This document shows, piece by piece, positions 8,834 to 18,400 of a stretch of DNA of 32,000 nt. A program made the translations under genes and the position numbers. The notes under the pieces were generated by a model. That model did no database searches and had not been told where the DNA came from. It saw only the letters and a list, made by a program, of their open reading frames with translations. Source of the DNA: Candidatus Lokiarchaeum ossiferum (lineage in GTDB: Archaea > Asgardarchaeota > Lokiarchaeia > Sigyniarchaeales > Promethearchaeaceae); NCBI GenBank assembly GCA_025839675.1, contig CP104013.1, positions 5,610,001 to 5,642,000 of the forward strand. Reading direction: 5' to 3'. Numbering within the stretch: the first letter of the stretch is position 1; each line of letters opens with the position of its first letter.

Positions 8834-9636
8834 TCCGCCTGGTATTTGTCCGGTTTAAAATTAGGTGTCATTATTAAAAAACGCCCTTGATCTAAAATAT
8901 ATCGGCGAGATTTTGAAACTCGCTGTAGTTGGGATTTTCCTTTAGATGTTCTTTTAATAATGTTTGAAAATGTTATTTCTCGTATCCATTTTTCTGGAGA
9001 ATATTGTGTGGATTTAAGCGATATCCAACTGCCTTGTAACATTTGGATAAAATCTGCATAATAGGGTACCTCACTATTATAAATTGGATTAAACGTTATA
9101 TGATGTATAAGAATTATCAAGAAGTTGCCTTTTGTTGTTAATGTTGAAATTTTTGGAAATAAAATATCACTAAAAGTGTGGACAGCATGAATATAGTCGG
9201 CATAATTAGAAACAGAACCAATTGTTGATTTCAAAATCCGAGAAAATGAATTTATGATTAATATTGGTCTTTCTTTCTTTACATTTTTATTCATTGGTAG
9301 AGATTCAATTAATTGAAATAAATCTTGGACGGATTGACATGAAAAATGATACATTCGTTCCAATAATGAATTTTTTGAGGAAAACATATTTTGAAGGATA
9401 CTTGGAGAAAGCCCACCTTCATTATCTGCGATATAAATGGGCTGAGTTGATATAGGTAAATGATATCGGATAAATTCTCGCAATAACGTAGATTTACCTG
9501 ATGCATTTTCCCCATTTATATGAATTATTGAAGGAAGTTCTTCCCGATATGAATGGGCAGACATCAATTTAATAAATCCATTAGTGTATGAAGGATTTTT
9601 CAGGGGTTTATTAAGTGCGGTGCTCTTTGAAATCAT
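8830..9636 (-). CDS. Divergent RecA/RadA-fold ATPase paralogue (RadB- or Rad51-paralogue-like core only, no N-terminal HhH domain)
   Basis: Walker A NGENASGKSTLL. IYIADNEGGLSP resembles RadA vvYIDTEgtF. The Walker B-like hydrophobic strand is PILIINSFSRIL, and FLIILIHHITFNP resembles the vvvTNQV strand. Confidence 0.6.
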   Translation of the reverse strand: MISKSTALNKPLKNPSYTNGFIKLMSAHSYREELPSIIHINGENASGKSTLLREFIRYHLPISTQPIYIADNEGGLSPSILQNMFSSKNSLLERMYHFSCQSVQDLFQLIESLPMNKNVKKERPILIINSFSRILKSTIGSVSNYADYIHAVHTFSDILFPKISTLTTKGNFLIILIHHITFNPIYNSEVPYYADFIQMLQGSWISLKSTQYSPEKWIREITFSNIIKRTSKGKSQLQRVSKSRRYILDQGRFLIMTPNFKPDKYQAE

Positions 9637-9650
9637 AAGTAATCGTTTCC

Positions 9651-10055
9651 TTAATTTTGTGTGCTCGCAGAGTATAATAATTCTGATCTTTGTTCACTTT
9701 TGAGTAAATTTCTTGATATATCCTGAGTATTAGTTTTTCCTGGTAATAATTCAAAGAGTGTCTCGATAATAGCTGCTTTTATTATATTATCTTCGATCAA
9801 TTCTTTGGAATTCAAGTGTTTAAGTCGCTTTACGTGGATTCTTGTATAACTTGAAATTTCCTTATGCATCCGTGTAAATTCGTTAATTAAATAAATTAAG
9901 AAATCATCTTCTTCCAATATTCCTTTGCTAAGCTGGGATACTTTCTCTCGAAGTTCTGCTCGATTCTTCTTTATGGTCTTTGAGATCTGAGATTCCAGCT
10001 CTAAACAATCTTGCTCTGTCATAAACTTGACCTTGAAAGATATTAAAAAAATCAA
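9651..10055 (-). CDS. Hypothetical small helical/coiled-coil protein
   Basis: 134-aa ORF wedged between radA and the RecA-fold paralogue. The listed start overlaps the radA stop by 4 nt, and an alternative start is MTEQD at about 10022. No motif recognised. Confidence 0.5.
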   Translation of the reverse strand: MIFLISFKVKFMTEQDCLELESQISKTIKKNRAELREKVSQLSKGILEEDDFLIYLINEFTRMHKEISSYTRIHVKRLKHLNSKELIEDNIIKAAIIETLFELLPGKTNTQDISRNLLKSEQRSELLYSASTQN

Positions 10056-11212
10056 GCTAAGGGATCTGCAATTCCTTTAGCCTTTTTCGCTTGCGATTTT
10101 TTTGTTGCGGGTTTCCTTGATGTGCTTTTTTTTTTTTTGGAAGACGTGCTTTTCTTTACTTTCACTGGGTCTTTTTCCAGCTTTTCAGTGGCGATTAATA
10201 AGTTCTCTTCTTCGTTCAAATCCGCAAGTGTCTTAAGTTCGCCTTCTTCCATGTATGTAATCGTTTCATCGTCGCTTATCCCCGCTTCTGTAATGTAAAA
10301 TACAGCAGATTCAGGTGGTAAATCCGGAGCATCAACGACTGTTGCAGTCCGTTCTAAACTCGAATTTGATTGAAATCCTTTTGTTTTAAAAACTATTCTG
10401 AAATGGCATCCATGGGCAACAATATTTCCTCCGATTGCTTCGTTTGACGCAAAGGAGCCTTTCATTTGAACCCCAACTTGATTGGTGACTAATACTGCTA
10501 TATTATGTGTCTCCGCAATTCTCGATAGATCATGAATCAATTTGTTCAAAACTTGTTGACGGGCAGCAAGCATCCCAATTCCGATGTATTCTGATCTCAT
10601 TAGAGCCATTAGCGAGTCAACAATAATGAGTTTCGCATTTTTCTCTTTTATTGCTTGTTCTGCCGCTCTTATCATTTGGAGTTGGTGATCCGTGGAAAAA
10701 ATCCTTGCGTGGTAGATATTTTGAAGTGTAGATGTAGGATCCAACCCAAAACGTTTAGAAATCCGTTCTACTTTAGTCCGTGAAAAAGTATTCTCCGTAT
10801 CAATGAATAAAACTGAGCCATCCAAACCGCCTTTTGATTTTGGGAGTTGACAAGTGACACACAAAGTATGGGATAGGTTCGTTTTTCCGCTTTTGAATGC
10901 TCCATAGACTTCAGTAATGCGACCAGTGGAGATTCCCCCATTCAAAATATTATCAAAATTTTGACTGCCTGTAGTACAATATTCAAAATTTTCTTCAATC
11001 GTTGATACTTGCTTAAATGTCGCCAGATTAAGACTGTCTCTTGCATTCCAGACTAAATTTTTGGATGCTTTTGCAGAGATTCCGTCAATTTCTTCTAAAT
11101 CTTTAGGTACACTCATAGCTAGAGCTTCAAGTGAATCGATACCAGATTCGGTGAGTAGTTTGATTTGACGGGGTTTGATGGATTTTAGAGCTAATAATTC
11201 CAATTTAATCAA
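10052..11212 (-). CDS. radA: RadA/Rad51-family recombinase with an extra C-terminal acidic-then-lysine-rich tail
   Basis: N-terminal HhH region (IKLLTESGIDSLEALAMSVPKDLEEIDGISAKAS), Walker A GAFKSGKT, HTLCVTCQLP, VLFIDTENTF, Walker B LIIVDSLMAL, VLVTNQV and ITEAGI are all present. The only in-frame start is TTG at 11212, with a stop two codons upstream. Confidence 0.95.
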   Translation of the reverse strand: MIKLELLALKSIKPRQIKLLTESGIDSLEALAMSVPKDLEEIDGISAKASKNLVWNARDSLNLATFKQVSTIEENFEYCTTGSQNFDNILNGGISTGRITEVYGAFKSGKTNLSHTLCVTCQLPKSKGGLDGSVLFIDTENTFSRTKVERISKRFGLDPTSTLQNIYHARIFSTDHQLQMIRAAEQAIKEKNAKLIIVDSLMALMRSEYIGIGMLAARQQVLNKLIHDLSRIAETHNIAVLVTNQVGVQMKGSFASNEAIGGNIVAHGCHFRIVFKTKGFQSNSSLERTATVVDAPDLPPESAVFYITEAGISDDETITYMEEGELKTLADLNEEENLLIATEKLEKDPVKVKKSTSSKKKKSTSRKPATKKSQAKKAKGIADPLA

Positions 11213-11277
11213 TTTTTATTAAATTAAGACTATTTAAAGTCGAAAAAAGAAAATCACAAAAACCGGTTCAAAAGATT

Positions 11278-11721
11278 TTATCCTTCTGCAGAAAATTCAG
11301 CAAGGATTTTTGAATTATTGAAACATTTCATTTTTCCTGTAAATTCTTTTAAATCTTCTGCATGAATCGCTAAAAAATGTTCACGTAAATTGTTTAAATA
11401 ATAATTTATTTTTAGTTCAGAAGTGGACACTGAGGAACGACAGATAAAAATCAAATCAGGATTCGAATTGTGAAGAAGAGATAGCTTGAAAGATGCCATT
11501 GTTATGTTTTGACACTTTTCTATAAATATATCTGTGGCAAAGCTTGTTATCGCAGAGACGAATCCTGCAAACAAATCTCCATTTATATCTCGAATGTGTG
11601 CTGAATGGAGCAAAGGGATCCCAGTTTTGGTCATGATCCAGATTTCTTTAACAAATTTTGGAGGTTTCATTGGAAATTGTTTCCTTTTAATAGTATGGTT
11701 TGGAAGATATTGCTTCCTCAT
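11278..11721 (-). CDS. Longin/Roadblock-like small regulatory-fold protein (tentative)
   Basis: The pattern runs strand (IWIMTKTGIPLL), helix (GDLFAGFVSAITSFATDIF), strands (ITMASFKLSLLHN, LIFICRSS), helix (ELKINYYLNNLREHF). This is typical of the longin/Roadblock alpha-beta sandwich. The likely start is MKPPKF at about 11670, which avoids overlap with the upstream ORF. Confidence 0.45.
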   Translation of the reverse strand: MRKQYLPNHTIKRKQFPMKPPKFVKEIWIMTKTGIPLLHSAHIRDINGDLFAGFVSAITSFATDIFIEKCQNITMASFKLSLLHNSNPDLIFICRSSVSTSELKINYYLNNLREHFLAIHAEDLKEFTGKMKCFNNSKILAEFSAEG

Positions 11722-12016
11722 TCTGTGATACTTTAGTTAATCCTTGATCTTCAAGATAACTTGGATTATCGGATTTAGGCGAGTAAAATTGATAATTCTC
11801 GATTAGTTGAGCAATTACAATGGAGAGTTTTTCAACATTTTGATTAATTTGATGCAGTTCTCGAACCTTTGCTTTTGATGAATGATTGGATCTTTTCATA
11901 AATTTACGGGAAAACCAGATTATCGCTAAGATCACTCCAAGTGTGGGGTATTTTCGAAATAATAAGACCAATGCAATAACAATAAAAGCAAACCCCAGTT
12001 GTTTAAAAATTCTCAT
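11687..12016 (-). CDS. Small membrane protein (N-terminal hairpin of two TM helices)
   Basis: LGFAFIVIALVLLF and LGVILAIIWF are followed by a polar tail. Confidence 0.5.
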   Translation of the reverse strand: MRIFKQLGFAFIVIALVLLFRKYPTLGVILAIIWFSRKFMKRSNHSSKAKVRELHQINQNVEKLSIVIAQLIENYQFYSPKSDNPSYLEDQGLTKVSQNEEAISSKPYY

Positions 12017-12096
12017 TATATCATATTCTTTTTTTTTAGAAGTATTTAATGGCGGAAAAATTTCGATTTTAAAAATATAAGTTCGATACCATTGAT

Positions 12097-12639
12097 ATGG
12101 AAAACCAAAGCGATTCAGAATTAAAAATTCACAGGAGTATTATCATAACTGAGGGAGTTATAGGATTTCTTAAATATTTGAACTTGATTCGGGAACAAAG
12201 ACCTTTTAATCTCACAACAATTTCTGAATCTCTAAACTTACCTCATGAAGAAGTTTCGGAATATTTTTCTATAATTCTACATGCTTTTCGCTTATTTCAC
12301 AATATCCAACATGATAAAATCATTCAAGAAGATGATATATTTGCCCACAGTCAGAAAAAAACTGAACATATTTCATTAACTTATATTGAAATGGAGCGAT
12401 ACTCTACATTTGCTTACTTGTCCAGTAAAAAACCCTTTTCTTCACTCTCGGAGCAAATAATGTCGCTTTTTCATAATCATAAGGACCTATTTCATGAAAT
12501 TAGAGAAGAAAATAATATTTTCTTCAAAGTTTCTCCTGTTGGAAAATATTTTGCTACAGAATTTCGGAAGTTAAAAATGTTAAATCTTCCTGTGGATCGA
12601 ATTGAGTATAAAAATTATGAATTAATCATCAAAAATTAA
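12097..12639 (+). CDS. Hypothetical protein, possible N-terminal HTH
   Basis: 180-aa ORF convergent with the GTPase gene. FNLTTISESLNLPHEEVSEYF is HTH-like, but weakly. Confidence 0.5.
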   Translation: MENQSDSELKIHRSIIITEGVIGFLKYLNLIREQRPFNLTTISESLNLPHEEVSEYFSIILHAFRLFHNIQHDKIIQEDDIFAHSQKKTEHISLTYIEMERYSTFAYLSSKKPFSSLSEQIMSLFHNHKDLFHEIREENNIFFKVSPVGKYFATEFRKLKMLNLPVDRIEYKNYELIIKN

Positions 12640-12666
12640 AAATATTTTTAAAAAAGGAATGAAATT

Positions 12667-13278
12667 TTAAGTCAGTTTCCTTCTTAACACCTCTACTAAT
12701 AAATCAGAAAAAATTCGAGATACATCGCCCGGATTTTTAGTGTCATTGGCTGTAGATTCATAGGGTATTTTCAATAGTTTTGTTGGATTCTGAGTTGGCA
12801 ATCCCATTTGTGTAACAAACTCATTGATTGATATTGCATTGGGAAGATCTCGTTTATTTAGCAAGATATAAATTGGAATTTGTGATTTTTGAGAAAAAGA
12901 CTTCAATTCTTCGAAAGATCGACAATTTGAAGCCATTTTCTTTGGATCAGAGTCTGCCACAAAAACTGCTCCATCGGCATTTTCAAGTACATATTCTCGA
13001 GTCGCTAGAAAACGTTCTTGTCCCGTAGTGGTTGATACTATCGCTTGCACAACACAATTTATACTCGGGAATTGAAATTCGAAAGTCACACTATCACACC
13101 AGAGTGTTCGTTTATCTGTGGTTTCTATAGAAATTCCTTTACTCACCAATTTGGTAGCAAATTTTCGTTTTAAACATTCAAAATTTGTGGTTTTTCCTAC
13201 TTCTCCCGGACCCCAATACATGATTTTAATTGGGATGTATTTTGGTTTGAAAATTGGTTGGGTGTCAAGATCTTCCAT
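12667..13278 (-). CDS. mglA: MglA-family small Ras-like GTPase
   Basis: G1 is GPGEVGKTT and G4 is LNKRDLPNA. G3 is TTGQE, with Thr replacing the usual Asp of DxxGQ, the known MglA hallmark. Several blocks parallel Myxococcus MglA as I remember it: KIVYYGPGLCGKTTN, TVPGQ, VDGVVFVADS, YNKRDLPNA. Confidence 0.85.
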   Translation of the reverse strand: MEDLDTQPIFKPKYIPIKIMYWGPGEVGKTTNFECLKRKFATKLVSKGISIETTDKRTLWCDSVTFEFQFPSINCVVQAIVSTTTGQERFLATREYVLENADGAVFVADSDPKKMASNCRSFEELKSFSQKSQIPIYILLNKRDLPNAISINEFVTQMGLPTQNPTKLLKIPYESTANDTKNPGDVSRIFSDLLVEVLRRKLT

Positions 13279-13279
13279 T

Positions 13280-13822
13280 TTAATCTACTCCTAAAGATTG
13301 AGATGTAAATAATTGCTGTTTAATTTTATCAATGTGCTCTGAAAATTCTGCTTCGCTCATTTGCATTTCTTTTTGAATTCGTTGGTTTTTCTCGATAAGA
13401 TTTTTGATTAAAGGGGCAAATTTTTTCATATGATGAACAATTAATCCAATTTTGACATCTTTAGAGGCTAATGAGAGTAATAATAAATCTCTTTGTCTAC
13501 CTTCTGAGGTCTTAATTGACCCGATGTAATGACAAAAAAACTGCGTCGAGTTATATATTAATGAAGCTCGATTTAAATCTGAATTTGCAAAAAAATCTTT
13601 TCCTTGTTTTGATATTCCATATAATGCAGCTCCAATTGCTGCTATGTCCCAATAATTATACTTGTTATCAAAAAAATGATTAACTGCTAAGACTTTTGCA
13701 TCTTGATCAATTATTTGCAATCCATATATACGATCATTTGCCATCCGATTATATTTTCTAACCAGTTCTTGCAATAAATTAGATAGCTCATTGTCACGGA
13801 TCAGATCTGGAATTTGTAACAT
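13280..13822 (-). CDS. Roadblock/LC7 (MglB-like) domain protein
   Basis: LQIIDQDAKVLAVNHF...WDIAAIGAALYGISKQG...ASLIYNSTQFFCHYIG has a Roadblock-like pattern. Its stop is 1 nt from the mglA-like start, in the same B-then-A order as the bacterial mglBA operon. Confidence 0.7.
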   Translation of the reverse strand: MLQIPDLIRDNELSNLLQELVRKYNRMANDRIYGLQIIDQDAKVLAVNHFFDNKYNYWDIAAIGAALYGISKQGKDFFANSDLNRASLIYNSTQFFCHYIGSIKTSEGRQRDLLLLSLASKDVKIGLIVHHMKKFAPLIKNLIEKNQRIQKEMQMSEAEFSEHIDKIKQQLFTSQSLGVD

Positions 13823-13886
13823 AACCTTTTTTCAGATGAAAGCATAAAAAGTCGAAAAGAACATATCTAAATGAAATAATTGAATT

Positions 13887-15449
13887 TTAGAGTTGATAAA
13901 CTTTTTTCAAATATTTTTGAGTCAATGCTTTAATATCTGTAATTATGGTTGGGGAGTGAAGGTCCAAAGCCTTCCGAATTTCATGGATCTTGCACTCAAT
14001 TTGTGTTTTTATTTCAGAATCTTGCATTTCATCTAGATCATGCTTACCTCCTGAAAATGTATCGATCAGATCTGTTGCATCTTCTTCCGTCAGTTCATCT
14101 TGTGCATTTATTAATTTCGGTAGTTTGTCAAGGTCGGGCGGAATATTTGTATTTAAATTTGACTGAGAATATGGGAGATGAATTTGATTATATTCTTCGG
14201 GAGCCAATCTTTCCTTAATTACAGTATCATTCAAAAAAGTGGCTTTATCAATGTTTGAGAAAAATTTGAATCGGTTGGGAATTAAATTTGAGAAAATATC
14301 CTTCAATTTTTCATGTTCTAAACGTACTCTGTCAATTAACCCTGATTTTGAAATTTTCTCTATCTTTAAGTATTGTTGTATCAAATGTTGTAACAATCGT
14401 GTAAAGAACGAAATGGGGATTTCTTCTTTCCATTCATTTTCTCTTAAGTAGCAATAGACTGATTCTGGAGAGTGGTGAGGTCTTTTTGGGCAAATTTTTT
14501 CTTTTTCTTCGAATAGAATCACATCAAAAGCTTTTTTATAATCTGGATTAATATCGATTGTTTCAAGTTCCTGCATGAATTGTAGGTTTGAGTTAATTGC
14601 TTCAATTTCTTCAATTTCTTCAGTATAACTCTGTTCTTCTGTTTGATTTAAATTAGAAGACAAATCAGAACTAGATTGGTCTATTCGTTTTGTGAAATGA
14701 GTACAGAATTCAAGAATATTGGTTGGAATGTGGGTTGGAAGGATTAAATCGTGATATGAACTGCATAATTTCAACAAAAAAGTGTATTCTGCTTGATCAA
14801 AATCCTTCATAAGCAAGTAGAACTCATTTTCATTAAAATCGAAGAGAAAATCTTTAACTATATATTCCATACTGTCCCATATTTTTGAGGTTAAATAATA
14901 TGTAACTGTCAAATAATTTCCCGATTGGAGCTTTTGGATTATATTTTCCTGAATAAATTGGAACAAAATATCTGTTGTATCAATTTTTGAGAGATTGTCG
15001 GAAAAATGAACTGAACGAGTTTTTTTATCAAAAATCATAACCTGTTTGAATTTATTGTATGAATTATCATTAATAGAATCCAATAGAATGAAACGAAATT
15101 TTCTCTTGGGATTAGTTTGGCAAAAATTTGCCAGAATATTCAGAGCTTCTTGGTTAAAATTGCGAAAAACTTGTATTTTACGGCGGGCTCCTTCATTTTC
15201 CTCATTTAACATAGGAAGAAATTCTTCAAACAATTCTAAATTATCTAATCCAGTTTCATTCAAATCAATAGTATCTGCTTCTTCAAAACTGTATAAACAT
15301 TTCAAAATTGCAAGTAATCCATTCAAATCTTTTTCGTATGCAAAGGGTTTTATAATCAAATCATTTTTCAAAAAAAGAAATGAATATAATAATTCTGGGG
15401 TTACAAATTCCGATGAATATTCTATAATTGTCATGTTCGTTAATTCCAC
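13887..15449 (-). CDS. Acidic 520-aa hypothetical protein (orphan)
   Basis: Long uninterrupted ORF in an AT-rich, stop-rich background. It begins 16 nt downstream of the surface-protein gene. No recognisable motif. Confidence 0.7.
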   Translation of the reverse strand: MELTNMTIIEYSSEFVTPELLYSFLFLKNDLIIKPFAYEKDLNGLLAILKCLYSFEEADTIDLNETGLDNLELFEEFLPMLNEENEGARRKIQVFRNFNQEALNILANFCQTNPKRKFRFILLDSINDNSYNKFKQVMIFDKKTRSVHFSDNLSKIDTTDILFQFIQENIIQKLQSGNYLTVTYYLTSKIWDSMEYIVKDFLFDFNENEFYLLMKDFDQAEYTFLLKLCSSYHDLILPTHIPTNILEFCTHFTKRIDQSSSDLSSNLNQTEEQSYTEEIEEIEAINSNLQFMQELETIDINPDYKKAFDVILFEEKEKICPKRPHHSPESVYCYLRENEWKEEIPISFFTRLLQHLIQQYLKIEKISKSGLIDRVRLEHEKLKDIFSNLIPNRFKFFSNIDKATFLNDTVIKERLAPEEYNQIHLPYSQSNLNTNIPPDLDKLPKLINAQDELTEEDATDLIDTFSGGKHDLDEMQDSEIKTQIECKIHEIRKALDLHSPTIITDIKALTQKYLKKVYQL

Positions 15450-15465
15450 CTTTTGCTAAACTATT

Positions 15466-18400
15466 CTATTTCATACCAGACTTTTTTTTGACAAAAACCG
15501 AGACTCCTCCAATCAACACAAAGCTAGAAAAATAAATTATCGGATTAACAAAATTGGTCTGATCCAGATCCGAATTATTATTTGATACCGCTGAGGAATT
15601 GGAATTTTCATCCGAGCTTAAGTCTTCATTTAAGTTGTTTTGTGTTTCAGTGGCAGTTGATGAACTCGATGTTGATGTAGAAGAATTAGAAGATGAATTA
15701 GTCGTTGATGTGTCGGATGTTGTCGAATTTGAAGTGGTCGCTGTTGTTGTAGATGTATTGGTTGTTGTCGAATTTGAAGTAGTAGATGTTGTTGTAGATG
15801 TATTGGTTGTTGTTGAATTTGAGGTGGTCGTTGAAGACACATCCGTAGTGGTTGTAGTAGTCGTGGTTGAAATGGATGAATTTATCATGAAATAATAGTT
15901 TTGAAAGGGCGCCCAATCTTCTTGAAATATGGGTATGAAAAAAAATTCTTGATCGAATTCGATAACCGTGTTTAACAAACAAGTAAATTCGACTCGATCT
16001 TCGAAATAATCTGCCGAAACATTTGATTCTGTATATTTTGCAACTAAAAGGCCATCAATATCTCGGATCTCAAAATTGGGTGTAATTTTTGATATAATTG
16101 ATGGTTGCGACTGAATGCAATATTTTATAGTATTAAATTGGTCTCCTTCAATTATTTCAAAAGAATATATCCAAGAAAAATTTAACAAGACAGATAATTG
16201 GCAACCATATCTAATATTTTTGTAAGAAAAGCTCAAATCTGGTTGCCATTCTTGGGGATGAGATTGATTTGCTTCAGGAACAATTTCACATGAATATTTT
16301 CTTCCCATGATATTCCAATCATTGAATGTTGTTTCTTCACCCCGTAATTCAATTTCACTAATAGAAATTTCAGAGGCTAAAGAAAAACTTTGAATTGAAT
16401 AAGTATAACTTGAATCAATGATTTGGTCCGGAGGTATTTCGATAGCCACGCAAATCTGATCATTTTGCAAAATTTCACCAAGATAAATAAGTTCCATGTT
16501 ATATATCGGAACATTGGCAATAAGATGGGCGCAAAGGATTCCAATTTCTGGATGAATCATTTGAAAAAAAGACAAATCAAATTTGATATTAAGATCATTG
16601 CATAATTGAATGAAGATTGCTTTATCTTCATAGGAAAAACCATCGAAATTTTCCACCTGTTCATATAAAAAGTTCGAAAGTTTCGTATAATCTACTTGAT
16701 TTGTTGCAAGAATTTCATTTATGCGTAGAATGTAGTAAGTCATTGCAATTTGTGTTATTCCAGCATTTTCATTCGAGCCAGAAATTCCATGCCATAATGT
16801 GTCTGTTTCTACCATAGATTGATTCAAATTACCTAATATTGTAGTTAAATTTGCAATAGAATAATAATTAGCAAATGATTGTCCACGATCGAACTTAATC
16901 AAGATATTTTGGGCTTCAAGAGCATAAAATGTTGATTTTATATTTCCTGTTTGAGTTTCCAAGTGAGTATCATTGAGAAAATAACCTGTAGACAGAAGCT
17001 GGTCTGCAATCCATTGTTCACACTTTAAATATTGAGTAAAACCTATTTCCTCATACATTGCTTCTATCAAATTTAGATCATTTATTGTATCTAAAATGAA
17101 ATAATTTGTTGCTATAGGAAAATGGCTCCATTGTCCCCATAGAGACAGTATTTTTTGGGAAGGGGATTGGTTTGTGATGCTATAATTAATGTAATCGGAA
17201 AAGTAACCATCCGTTGTTAGTCTTGATAGGGAAGAATTCAGTACTTCTTGTTCCTCAAATTGTTCTGGAAAGTGTTTTAAATAAGAAAATTTCACTTTAT
17301 CTCCAAAAGCGCATTGATCCAATTTAGTTATGTAACTTGCACCACCATCAGAGTTGAAATAAGTCAAACAAAAATCTTGTAACCCTTTCAAATTATTATT
17401 GGAATCATCAAGTTGTGGAAGTAATGAAAAATTATCAAGAATAGGTATAATAGTAGATTGAATGAATAAATCGTCTGAGAAAAATGAAGAAGAGCGGAAA
17501 TAGAAATAATTGGGCCCCTCTTTTTGATCCGTACGATTATAGGTTGTTGAATTTAGCAATACGCCTAATACTGTAGATAATTCTGGAAAAACCATCTCCA
17601 TTTCTAGTAATCGAATACAATCAGCAATTATTGCTGATCCAAAATAGGTGACAGTTTCTGGAGATAAATAATCATTAAACTCCCCATAATAGCATTTACT
17701 CTGGCTATTGTAAATATTATTGTTAACTAAGAAATTTATGAAAGGATCACGAACTGAATTAAAATCCCCATCAATCATTTCAATTATTTTTAAAGCTTCC
17801 CAAGAAGCATAGTAGTTTTCCCAACCTAAATAAGCAGATGTGTCATACTCATTAAAAGCGCCAGCCATATATCCTGTTCGTTGAGTACTTTCAACATATT
17901 CTTGAATTAAATTTCGTTCTATTGGAGAAAAAGCTGTTATCTCATAGTTATTTAAGGCTTTAACAGACCATATTGCATAATAAGTTTCTAAAAGCGTGGA
18001 ATGGGGTGCAAATATCGATCCAAAACCTCCATCGGAATTTAAACCTGCTAAAATTTCATTCTCCCAGGCTAATATTTGCAGAGGATTAAAATTTGTGGAT
18101 AAGCGTCCAATATTTGCTAAAAGAATTATTGCCATTTGATGGGTTATATTGTATGAATACGGTGTTTTAAATAAATACGCTCCATCTTCATGATACATTG
18201 AATAATTCAGCGTTTCCTCAAAATGATGGCTTTTGACATTGAACTTTGACATGATATATTGTTCTAATCCATCTTTATACTCGCCATAGGAAGTAGGGTC
18301 TAGTACTTCCAAAGTAGTATAAGCAAAAAATGTAGAGTAAATAGAACTGGGTCTATCATACAGGTTCTCAGGTTGCACTATTTTCTCACTTACTGAGTTT

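Noticed and set aside
10126-10138. A13 coding homopolymer in radA (and a T11 run at 619-629 in the response regulator) as programmed frameshift or phase-variation sites
   Set aside because: Both simply encode Lys runs in Lys-rich linkers of an AT-rich genome, and the reading frames continue sensibly through them. They matter mainly as potential sequencing-error hotspots.
6266-11212. Inteins in radA or the helicases
   Set aside because: The ATPase motifs are contiguous with normal spacing. The extra length of the 855-aa helicase lies after motif VI and lacks intein splice-junction or endonuclease block patterns.
15046-15459. 137-aa plus-strand ORF antisense to the 520-aa gene
   Set aside because: Its basic, Ser/Phe/Lys-rich composition is the mirror image of an acidic Glu/Leu-rich sense frame. 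It has no motif and no promoter context, and it is fully embedded in a longer ORF.
15599-15982. Three listed ORFs (15599-15895 +, 15630-15842 -, 15698-15982 -) overlapping the 3' part of the 1051-aa gene
   Set aside because: They are alternative-frame or antisense readings of the Thr/Ser-coding tandem repeat (poly-V/E/D or Q/H/L-rich low-complexity translations). The long frame with signal peptide, stalk and TM anchor explains the region.
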